Origin: Paraphysomonas bandaiensis
Taxonomy: Eukaryota > Protista > Chrysophyceae
Reading direction: 5' to 3'
NCBI GenBank assembly: GCA_965644295.1
Contig: CBFFRP010000136.1
Span: forward strand, 62,001 to 126,000
DNA: 64,000 nt
Shown: positions 51,601 through 62,078 of the stretch, piece by piece
How the letters are laid out: each line of letters opens with the position of its first letter
Numbering within the stretch: the stretch's first letter is position 1
Program-made: the position numbers and the translations under genes
The notes under the pieces: generated by a model
The model's database searches: none
Told to the model about the DNA's origin: nothing
Seen by the model: only the letters and a program-made list of their open reading frames with translations

Positions 51601-53732
51601 ATCCGGTTCAACGAGTTATGACATGTTGGTGGCTGCACTGAGTTCACCTGAGCCGAAAGAGTTCCCAGATCATCCTATTGAAGAAAAGAATTTTAGAGAG
51701 CGATTTCCGGCTCTCTCGTGTGGTGCGCTGAGCTGTGTATCTTCTATATTTGACCCGAAAATATACATTGGCGGGTTATCTCATACACAGGAACTTCATG
51801 GTGAACAAACGTTGAATATTAGCGCAAGCTTATTTTTGAGGTCTAAAATAGAGTGCACAACATTTCCGGCCAAATCTCATCCTACTGAAATTAATAAGCT
51901 GAATTCTTCTGGTGACTTAAACACTATTGTGTCTAAAGAAGTTGATGAGTCTCTAGTTTCTGCTGCCAATGAATTCTCTGAGCAAGATGACCGTGTTGTG
52001 AACAGTGATACTACGGGAACTGATGCTGACATATTACCATCAAAGAATGATCAATTTTCGGTATTGCGAGATCGAGGGTTACGGAGCCCTAAAAATAATG
52101 GGGCCTGTTCAAGTACCTATCAGTCACCAGAGAGCCCCGTTCAAACACAACAAGTGCTACCAAATGATACTATAAATGTTAATGAAAAGTCGTTTCGCCA
52201 TGATGGAGAGAGTATATTAACCTTACGGTCGTCATCGAAGTGCCGTAATTTTACTGCTAATGCAACTCCATCCCCATCCAGCTGGGGAACGAAAATTTCT
52301 CCTTCTATTGCGCAAACATCAATTATTCTCGGAAGAGCGAATGATCGAATGAATTCTACCTCGAGGTCAAGTACGCCAAAGCATCGACCAGCACCTGATA
52401 GCACCGATCTCAGTGCACCCTGTGGCATATGCTCGAGTAAAGATGCCGACGAAAATGACCCAGGAGTATTTTGTGACGGCCCATGTGGTGGGTTTACTCA
52501 TTTGGCTTGTTATGGTTTGGGCTGCGTTCCTGCCGGAGATTTCTACTGCGACAGCTGCATGTACGGGATGAGAAAACCCAGCAGTGGGCGCAGAGAATTG
52601 AAATGTTTTCTCTGCAATATATCTGGTGGCATGTTACGACGTAGTACATGTGGACGATGGGTGCACATGATATGTGCTTTCTATACCCCAGATCTAAATA
52701 TAGATCCTGATAAAATGATTGTCACGAATCTCTCTGACTTGGACAGGGAGCGAGAGTCGCTCATTTGCTCCATCTGCAAAAATAAAGGTGGCGCCAATGT
52801 ACAGTGTTCCTATGGTAGTTGTCTTGTGTCTATGCATCCGTATTGTGCATTTGTAAAGCAGAGGCAAATGGTGATTCGAGCCGACAAAGACCACTATCCT
52901 CTATATGAGATCTATTGCCCTTCTCACCAGGATAAAGTACCTCGCTGTAATCTCGTCAGTACCTCTGTAAGCTTGAGATGTGAAAACCAAATTGAGATGG
53001 AGTCATACCCAAAGATTCGAATCAAGGGTGTAGACGAAGAAGTGTGGGGTTCTACGCAGAAAACTCCAGCGCCGAGGAACAATAAAAGAAAAAGGTACGT
53101 TATTATATGTTCGATTTTCGATAACACCACTACTTGCTTGTAGACTCCGTCGGGCGTCCCATTTAAGGAAAAAACTGGAGTTGTATACATCTCCTTTGAA
53201 GAAAGAACTACAAGATGCCAAGCGGTATGCGGCATCTCTTTTTGATAACGAGGCAGCTCTCTCTGGAAGGTAGGACAGCATTGTACTTTGGTTGGAAGTT
53301 GAGCTTGTGCATGTACAGCGACAGTGGTGATGATAGCGAACACAGTGGTGACTGTGAAGGCGATGACAGCTTTATAAATGACGGAGAGTATACCCCGGCC
53401 CCCGACGGCGTTGAAACAGGACTAGTAATGTACCATGAATTGCATAGGTTAGCGAAATGCGAGATATTTGTTACAGGCAAAGTTGTAATGAATTTGTTAA
53501 TAGGGAATTTGAACAAACTCCAAGTCCGTACCACGTGAGGTATAAATTTAGGGGTGGAGATAAACCACTTCCGATAACTGAGCGATTAATGAGGGAGCAC
53601 GCTGAAAATTCTGGACTAAACTCAACATTGCTAAGTGATGTGGAGTCGTACTCATCACACGATCAACGAATTAGCCCAGATAGGTCAGCACTTATTGATG
53701 ATAGTCCCTTAACTTGGTGTAGCTCATTATAG
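48667..53732 (+). CDS. FANCM: FANCM/Mph1 DEAH helicase with PHD + extended-PHD module and MM3-like acidic motif (multi-exon)
   Basis: [87 protein letters not shown]; late RHLFDNEAALS...DDSFINDG...LVMY. Confidence 0.92.
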
Positions 53733-53956
53733 AGGATTGGTTTTTTCCTCAGATTTTCTTGTATATTTTTCGTAAATAATTTATATAGGGCATAGTAGTA
53801 AATAATGGTTTTGAAATTTGTTGGGTTTAACAAACTTGCACTACAGTAAGAATCAGATGTGTTGAGGTAAATGCTATAAATTTCTTCCTGTGACATTTCA
53901 AAGTCAACCAATTCGATCTAAAATCACAAATGTTATATATAAAATATCACGAATAT

Positions 53957-54485
53957 TATAAGTGTCAATTGTGTAGACGTGTAGACGTCTTTGGGCCTTG
54001 AATAATAAACAGGCATCCGTGAATGGGCTCACCTCAAGGACATCCGGGGTATTTGGCTGCCTACTGAATGAAGTCAAACGTCCGGGCTAGTTCACCTTAA
54101 GAACAGAGAGCGAAAGTGGTTGCACAACAGATAGCGCAAAATAGTAGGATATCAGAGTTAAGCACTAGTTAGTGAAATTGTTTTGCTACACTAGTACTGA
54201 CTCTTACATGCTTATTGCTAATGATCAAATATTCAGTACTGCCCTAGAGGTGGACCCATTCCCGCATGCCTGATTATTAGTTATTAGTCAAGGCCCAAAG
54301 ACGTCTACACAAGTGATACTTATATGTGTCCCTTGTACAACACAAGCATTTGGCTATTTTATGAGTGGGCAGAAATTATCTGCTGTCTCTGTTAGCGGCT
54401 CACGTTAGTTCTCCGGAGATATATATCTCCGGTACATATCCCGCAGAACACCACGAAAGGTGTGAGTCCGTCATTGTTGAGGGTC
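53957..54485. mobile_element. Copy D: element with long imperfect inverted repeats (23-bp perfect core)
   Basis: GTGTAGACGTCTTTGGGCCTTGA (53979-54001) is the exact reverse complement of 54288-54310. The imperfect arms span ~53957-54041 and ~54241-54324. Perfect 20-bp palindrome at 54413-54432. Confidence 0.75.
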
Positions 54486-55230
54486 CACTTTTAGTGTTAG
54501 TCATTTAGATGACATGATAACCAAACCCACGACTATCTACTTCTAACTAATCACAAATTTTTTCATTCTCGTTCTCATTCTCTGAGCCATCACAACATTC
54601 ATTCAAAATTAATTGAGATGTGCATGCATCCGGCCACAACTGTGCAGACCCAACATCATATTAAGTTTAGCTGCGCTGAACAGGCGTTTACGTGTATTGG
54701 AAGTACGTACGTACATACAACATGACTCGTGCACCTGTACTTAGATATTTCAACTTTTCGTTTGAGCTGACTGAACTTCCCCATGAGCAGGTCTACTGCT
54801 TGTCTGCCTTTGTCAGGTTGTCATATCCCCTTGCTTATTTTTCTTCTTTCTGCTACTGATGAGTTCATTGACAGCATATTGTCATTCAGTATACTGTTTC
54901 GCAGCCCTTGTATATAGTATATATAACAATAAATGCAATTCAAGTAGAAAAAAGAAAAGTTGGTAGGAAACCCAGTTCACGTTTACTAGATTTTGGTCCT
55001 TTATTTCAACTACCAAGTTTTGCATAAACCAGCGGGGAGAGGAGGCAAGCATTTAACCCCCAAATCCCAATTGGGGATTCTCTCTATATGGAAATAGCAA
55101 ATCTCTACAAGTGAGTTGATAGTAAAGAGTATTCTCATGGTGAGTAAATTATACCCTGATTATTACTATTTGCCACTGAATGTCGCACTAGAATTCAAGG
55201 ATGATTAGTGTGCTATTCCACGAAGTAGGG

Positions 55231-56881
55231 CTAACACTTATAACGGTAGAAATTCAAATAAGCTGTGTGCCAGTCTCCACCTCCTTTCAGTTCCATTATA
55301 TCTGCTGTGCTTACCTCTGTTACTTTATCGTCGTCGTACTTCCACCATATGTGGGATTCAGGAGCCTGTCTGACCCAACCGATGTAGTGGCCAGAGTTGG
55401 CTGAACGTCCCTTGTGGGTAACGACGCCCATCAGCTCATATTGACCCCTGAAGTCACTGGGAATACCCTCACCAAAATCCACTGTCTCGGTATCAGGTGT
55501 TTTTGACTCAGTAGAAGCGGGAGCATCATCGATTTCCATAGCTGTCCCCTCGCTCGAGGAGTTCGCTGCACTCGAAGCCGCCACATCAGCATCCTCTGAT
55601 GCTTTGAACTTCTTCGCGTAGTATTCCTCTGCAATCTTCTCTGCTTTCTCCCTATTAGCCCGCAAGCCCGTCTGTAGCTTTTCATTGCAGAACTCATACA
55701 CATCGAGCACCTCTGGGTACGACACAGGACGTAAAATTTTACACTTTACCCCGGCATGGTCCATACTCTCAGGTGTTGGCTTCCAAAAGAACCGCATAAA
55801 CTGTACACAAATGTACCGTGGTAGCTGAGATAGGCGTTGTTTCTTGTTCCAGACGGCATTTCGACCAAGGATCTCAGAGTTCTTCTCAACTGTTCCTTCC
55901 ATCGCGAGTTTCAGTCCCTCCTGCAGGTGGTCCACCCCGGAGGTTGAACCAGAGCCACCTTGAATATTGCACACCAGCTTATTCATCCGCTCCCGCCTTG
56001 TCACCGATTGTTCTAACTCACTTTCGGCACAAGACATTGTTTCTTCTACTTCGAACTCAAGATACGATGATAGTGATTTCCCCGCATTCTGCAACCCAGA
56101 AGAGAGAGTCTGCACCATGGTATTGTAGAACTCCTCCGCATCCTGCTGTACATATCCACCACTGCGCTCACTTGTCTGTGCATACTGCGGAAACATAGAT
56201 CGCAACAGGCTCACAAATTGCATGGGAGGCATTGCCTGAGTCGAGCGGTCTAGCTGATTAAACGTCTCACGGAGTGCCACGGTGAATTTCTCCATGGGTC
56301 CGGAGGGGTTGACTACAGAAAGAGCCTACACAGCAACACGTCAGTATGTATAAAACTGCAGCAACTAAAGAGTATATCACCTCCCTCAGCTCCGGCATGT
56401 GGCGGACGCACTGGATCGTGGAGTTCATATAGCAAGTATTGCCTGCAATATATGATTCAGGAATGCATTATGTATCATAGTTGTCGAACCTAAATTCTGC
56501 AACCCCGCTGGCTCGACAGTGCCCTTCTCCGCCTTCTCGGCGTCAGTCATGTCTTCTACGAACTGAACCTGAACTTCAGGAGCAGCAATTACCTCAGCAG
56601 TACCCATTAAAGTGATTTGTTGTCCATCTTTAATTTTTAGTTTGGTCATATCGGCATCATCTTTCAGCACTCCAATCCACGCCCCTTTAGCCATAAGCTT
56701 CTGACGATCCATTGGAACACCTGAATGGACCAGTGAGATATAGGAATACAGTGTAGATATCATTACTGTGTGTATTACCAGTTAGACTGTATATCTGAGA
56801 CTTAAACACCTCGACACCGTTCGAAGGATCCAACTCGACATCGTCAAACACTTGTTTATTCCACTTTATTTTAACCAACAT
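55231..56881 (-). CDS. USP14: Proteasome-associated deubiquitinase USP14/Ubp6 (UBL + peptidase C19), 4 exons
   Basis: MLVKIKWNKQ UBL, GVPMDRQKLMAKG, spliced Cys box GLQNLGNTCYMNST, QQDAEE, His box THKGRSANSGHY, GGGDWH. Confidence 0.96.
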
Positions 56882-57291
56882 GATATGCGATATTAAATTA
56901 ATGAAGTGATTTTATTGTATTGCTATGAGTAGAGTGATATACTTATATATATATATATATGTATGTATGTATAGGATTGTGTTGGTATCAGTGCAGTGCA
57001 GTCCCAGTGCAGGGCGACTCTTTGATTGATGTTGGCTTTGTTTGCTTGGGAATAATCATACTGTACCATACTGCCGAACATACATACATACTATACGACT
57101 GTATAAACTGCATATGTACCTGTGTAAGAATTCCTACAGACAAACACCAATCTATGCGTACCTACCTACCTGTACACATACAGCAGTACATACTTACATG
57201 GACATACATGCATCATTGCATGCATATACACAGAGATAAGATCACATATGAGCTAAACACTCCTTCATTAACAAGATTACATCACCTAAAC

Positions 57292-58137
57292 ATGTTTCGA
57301 CAATCTAGATTTATCCTAGCATCAACTACTCTTGCATTAGGTGCTCATTCATCCTATGTCATCTATGAGCGGGGTCGATGTGTCGCCAGTAATCCGAATG
57401 ACTTTAAGCCAGGTAGCGCAGGTACAATACATCTAACCTAGAAGCTATTTACCCCTTATGTACTATGAGAGTAGATAGCATGATGATAGATACTCTACAT
57501 AGTGGCGATATCGTACTCTTTCGAAGGCATTGGTCTTATTATATGGTCAGTGTATGAGCACTTCTCAATGTTTATATTAATGAGTCATCTCCATTTGCAG
57601 TTTCCTAAGGGGCTACTCATATATATATACCAGTATCTGAATACTGCTGAATTTGATCATTGTGGTATAATTGTAGAAGATAAGTTTGGTGCCCCATATG
57701 TGTTTGAGCTTGGTGTAACTGGGTGCAAGATAACCCCATACGAATCAAGGATTGCGAAATCAACCGCCGAGCAAATCATATTAGTCCCTTTGCGTCAAAA
57801 CAAATTATCGAATGTTTCGTTTCGGAAAGAAATGTATAGTAATGCGCTGAAAATGACTCAGAATACTTCGATGCTATCCACCGAGCTGCCTACTCTTGCT
57901 GTTGGTTGTGCTTCAAAATTGCTAAATGCATGCTCCCCTTCTATACAACCAAGATATTCACTTTCACCAAGTATGCAGTTGTTGTTGAATTTATTGAGTG
58001 AGAGTGGGATCGATATGTCTTTTTCTTCAAGCCTAAACAACATGAGTGTTACATGTGACAATGTAGTAGATCATAACATTCACAGTAGCGAAGGTCTATT
58101 CACATTAGGAGAAAACGTTAATATACGAGCGAAATAA
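57292..58137 (+). CDS. Permuted NlpC/P60 (YiiX/YebB-like) fold protein, probably mitochondrial and catalytically degenerate
   Basis: MFRQSRF presequence-like start; spliced SGDIVLFRRHW, FDHCGIIV, PYVFE; no CSE motif where expected (SPSMQL). Confidence 0.55.
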
Positions 58138-58454
58138 CTAATTACTTACTATATGACCTCGTTAGTTGGTTAATGATTGATGTATATAATTCAAATAGTA
58201 TTCGACAAGTGATGATTGCCCATGTTTGCTATATATCATTCATCATTCTAATCGAATGTACTCGAGCAAAAAATGAGGATATTTCATACTCATAATTTAT
58301 AATTGAGTAGCACCAGGATCGTTGTCGATCTTACCTAGAAATAACTTTGAGCCTTGGTCTTCATGTAAATATTGAGCGGTTGGAAAAGGAATATTGAATA
58401 AGACAATTAATTACAAGTTCAAGCAATACTGCATAAAAAATCTCACGACCACAA

Positions 58455-60821
58455 CTACACGACAAATGACCCAACATCAAAGGTCCAAACTTCAACATTA
58501 AGACACTTAAAAAATTCATTCGATGATAGAGTTTGATTGTCATATGTCTCGCTACTATTTGATACCCCCGTACTGAGTTCGTCGTCTAATTGGAAAGCGA
58601 ATCCCCCGCCACCTCCCCCCATCGCGAGGTGATGGATATTACTCATAACAAAGAAGTCATTCCGTCCAGTCCATTTGTATGTTTCTTTGTTCGGAGTTAA
58701 GGAAAACACAAAACTTTCACCGTTCCCATAATAAGAGCTGCAGTTTCTGAGAGGGTGAGCTACGTATCCGCCGAAAACGTATCCCCAACTGTCCTCGATT
58801 ATGATAACGCATGATGTATACTGCTGTCTGTGGTGGCTATCCCCAACACAACAGTGGGCTAGAAGTGAATCCAAACTAGCACCATCTCGCAAGAGAGAGT
58901 ATCGCATACTCATACGAGACATAGACTGCGACGATGGTAGCCACGAGGCAATTACCTGCAATTGACCAACATCCACGATGGAGCTCACATCGTCTGTAAG
59001 AACTCTCACATCGGAGCTTCCGCGAGCTGAATTTCTCGTATTTCCTGAAAGGAGGGACGAATTTTCGAGTGTATCCACTTCGTCAAAGCTCTCCGAGTTG
59101 TCAAACTCAAGCATACTATCCTGTGTGGGTGTTGGAACCCGTCGCACGACAGTCGACTCGCTGGGCTTGGAAACAACACTATTTACAACAGAATTTCTAA
59201 CCTCTGTCATCTCTGACTCCATAGTCGTGCGGTCACCTTTACTCGGAGTCACAAAACGTCCCTTAAAGTATTTCTCGAATATAAACGACCAAGCGGCCAC
59301 GACACACATACAAACTGAGAGAGCCACCCAAGTACCATGCGAAGCCACCAGTGACACCACAATCGTGTTCTTTCCTCCAGATGACGGGAGAAGAAAGAGT
59401 ATCAACTTGCAGGCAAATGCAGCAGGAACAGGTGTGCTTACGGAGGGGTCAAGAGCACGGGCGAAAAGAATGCCAACGAAAGAGTGTCCCAGTGATTCCC
59501 CCATAAGAACAACACCACGCTCGAACCAAAAGTTAGGGAACATATTCTTCGCGTATAAAGCGAAGATGGCTACATTCCACATCGCACAGGCAAACACAAA
59601 TATACTAACAAGACCGTAATTGACCTGCTCCACATTCTGTGGACGGGGAAGGGCAGACGAGAACGCAGCAATGATAAGCATATCCAGCATTAGCCCACAT
59701 AGACGCATGAACCATTCAGCTCGGAATTTGAAGTTTGTATTGCGATGAATGAAATGCACAATTACAACAGAACAGAAGATAGACATTTCAAACATTCTAA
59801 TACCGCTAAGTATCCTATGCGCTTGAAACCAGGGTGTCGTAGACTCAAAGATTCTAGCGAATAATCCGAAATTAAATGACAGGAAGACAGATAAAAAGAT
59901 AACGCTCATGTGGGTACCCAACGAACATTCTTCAGACGGTGGCCGCTGGGTGGTCGGGTGGCCTGCACTAGAAGAGCGAACAGAGCGAGATGGCTTGCTG
60001 GATAGTGGATTGGGTATGCTCATCGCCGCTGAGTCTACTTGGTCCAAGGGGAACGACACCTGAGAACCAACGGCATACAATTTGTCATTGCCTCTAAACC
60101 CTTCGAACTCAGATGACCAGGTATCAGTTGTAACATACATATCATTCTTAGATGAGGAAGACCATGGTCCACGAGCATAGTAACGCCGCACACTAATTGC
60201 TATCACGCCCAGGGCACAAGCGGCGAAAAGTCCTAAAGACTCAGCTTCCTGGACGACAGTTTGGCTCCAGTAGTTCTTGTACACCGCCGTGGGAACGACA
60301 TCAATACCAGCTTCTATACCAAGTGGCACCATTGCCGATACGAGACTTGGAACAAAAACATCAACTGTCGATAGAATACAGCATATAAATAAACAAACGC
60401 AACTCTGACCCCATATTAAAATCTGACTGTAAATGACCATTGGCATGCCTTCATGAAGAACAGAAGCAAAAATTGCTCTCAGACTTGAATGCTGCGACGA
60501 TGTCCGTGAACAAAACAGTCCTAACGTAAATGCAGCAAACACAAAGTTGACTAAAGTGATCTTTAAAGCGACGAGCCCATTAGTTAAATCAGTGGTTATG
60601 GCTGAGTCCACAAACTCCATAACAAATATCCATAACAGTCCGAGTAATCCACTGACTACTGCTGGAGGTATCACCGCAACACGACACACAAAGTTACGGT
60701 ATAGAAGTAAGTGATGCACGACTTTTCCTATGATCAGAAGAGAGCTGAGGAATCCCAAGAGACCCAACACCGCATACTTCTTAGCCCAGTCTTCTAGTCG
60801 TTCGTGTTCCTCTGGTGACAT
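58455..60821 (-). CDS. GltS-family Na+/glutamate symporter fused to a C-terminal TLDc domain, intronless
   Basis: IPPAVVSGLLGL, ILIWGQ, PLGIEAG, GLMLDMLII, FWFERGVVLMGESLG, RALDP; TLDc motifs YSLLRDGASL, IEDSWGYVFGGY, YYGNGESFVF, LAMGGG, SETYDN, VEVWTF. Confidence 0.88.
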   Translation of the reverse strand: MSPEEHERLEDWAKKYAVLGLLGFLSSLLIIGKVVHHLLLYRNFVCRVAVIPPAVVSGLLGLLWIFVMEFVDSAITTDLTNGLVALKITLVNFVFAAFTLGLFCSRTSSQHSSLRAIFASVLHEGMPMVIYSQILIWGQSCVCLFICCILSTVDVFVPSLVSAMVPLGIEAGIDVVPTAVYKNYWSQTVVQEAESLGLFAACALGVIAISVRRYYARGPWSSSSKNDMYVTTDTWSSEFEGFRGNDKLYAVGSQVSFPLDQVDSAAMSIPNPLSSKPSRSVRSSSAGHPTTQRPPSEECSLGTHMSVIFLSVFLSFNFGLFARIFESTTPWFQAHRILSGIRMFEMSIFCSVVIVHFIHRNTNFKFRAEWFMRLCGLMLDMLIIAAFSSALPRPQNVEQVNYGLVSIFVFACAMWNVAIFALYAKNMFPNFWFERGVVLMGESLGHSFVGILFARALDPSVSTPVPAAFACKLILFLLPSSGGKNTIVVSLVASHGTWVALSVCMCVVAAWSFIFEKYFKGRFVTPSKGDRTTMESEMTEVRNSVVNSVVSKPSESTVVRRVPTPTQDSMLEFDNSESFDEVDTLENSSLLSGNTRNSARGSSDVRVLTDDVSSIVDVGQLQVIASWLPSSQSMSRMSMRYSLLRDGASLDSLLAHCCVGDSHHRQQYTSCVIIIEDSWGYVFGGYVAHPLRNCSSYYGNGESFVFSLTPNKETYKWTGRNDFFVMSNIHHLAMGGGGGGFAFQLDDELSTGVSNSSETYDNQTLSSNEFFKCLNVEVWTFDVGSFVV

Positions 60822-61000
60822 ATGTGACTATTGAGGTAGACTAGATGATGAAGAAGGGGTGTGTGGGGCCACTGCTGTTGTATTTCATGTCCACTGAATG
60901 TGTATCCTATTAACAACATCTTAACACACCTCCAGACCTCCAGAACATATCAACACACTGTAGTATATAGGTACACCAGTACATATATATAACATCTAGA

Positions 61001-61162
61001 CATACATGCGTACATACATACATACATACATACATACATACATACATACATACATACATACATACATACATACATACATACCTACATACATACATACCTA
61101 CATACATACATACATACATACATACATACATACATACATACATACATACATACATACATACA

Positions 61163-61194
<32 letters not shown>

Positions 61195-61353
61195 ACATAC
61201 ATGCGTACATACATACATACATACATACATACATACATACATACATACATACATACATACATACATACATACATACATACATACATACATACATGCGTAC
61301 ATACATACATACATACATACATACATACATACATACATACATACATACATACA

Positions 61354-61387
<34 letters not shown>

Positions 61388-61685
61388 CATACATACATAC
61401 ATACATACATACATACATACATACATACATACATACATACATACATACATACATACATACATACATACATACATACATACATACATACATACATACATAC
61501 ATACATACATACATACATACATACATACATACATACATACATACATACATACATACATACATACATACATACATACATACATACATACATACATACATAC
61601 ATACATACATACATACATACATACATACATACATACATACATACATACATACATACATACATACATACATACATACATACATACA

Positions 61686-61719
<34 letters not shown>

Positions 61720-61833
61720 CATACATACATACATACACACATACATACATACATACATACATACATACATACATACATACATACATACATACATACATAC
61801 ATACATACATACATACATACATACATACATACA

Positions 61834-61864
<31 letters not shown>
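61001..61864. repeat. (TACA)n microsatellite, about 215 units
   Basis: Near-pure TACA tract with a few interruptions; explains all the YIHT/MYVC ORFs. Confidence 0.99.
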
Positions 61865-61865
<1 letters not shown>

Positions 61866-62078
61866 CGGAGAGTACAGTAAATACAATCTGTAGACCGACT
61901 TTTGAAAGAGTGTATAACTGCCGCTGTTCTACTCTCTCTGTGTGTATGTATGTATATGTGTATGTATCGTTAGCAGTGTGCATGTATGTATGTATGGATT
62001 GTGCTCGTGTCTCATTAAACAGAGCAGAGGGTAGTATAACATAACATGCCTTGAGGTTCATTACATCTTGTATTGACC

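Noticed and set aside
13545-54485. Dispersed element as hammerhead/Penelope pLTR, group II intron domain V, or HEARO/omega RNA
   Set aside because: No CUGANGA...GAAA core, no intact domain V, only scattered short resemblances to HEARO, and no IscB/TnpB/Fanzor ORF in the window
55231-56881. USP14 as part of a Fanconi cluster
   Set aside because: The FANCD2 deubiquitinase is USP1; this gene is the proteasomal Ubp6/USP14
60910-62061. MYVC/YIHT repeat proteins
   Set aside because: Translations of the (TACA)n microsatellite
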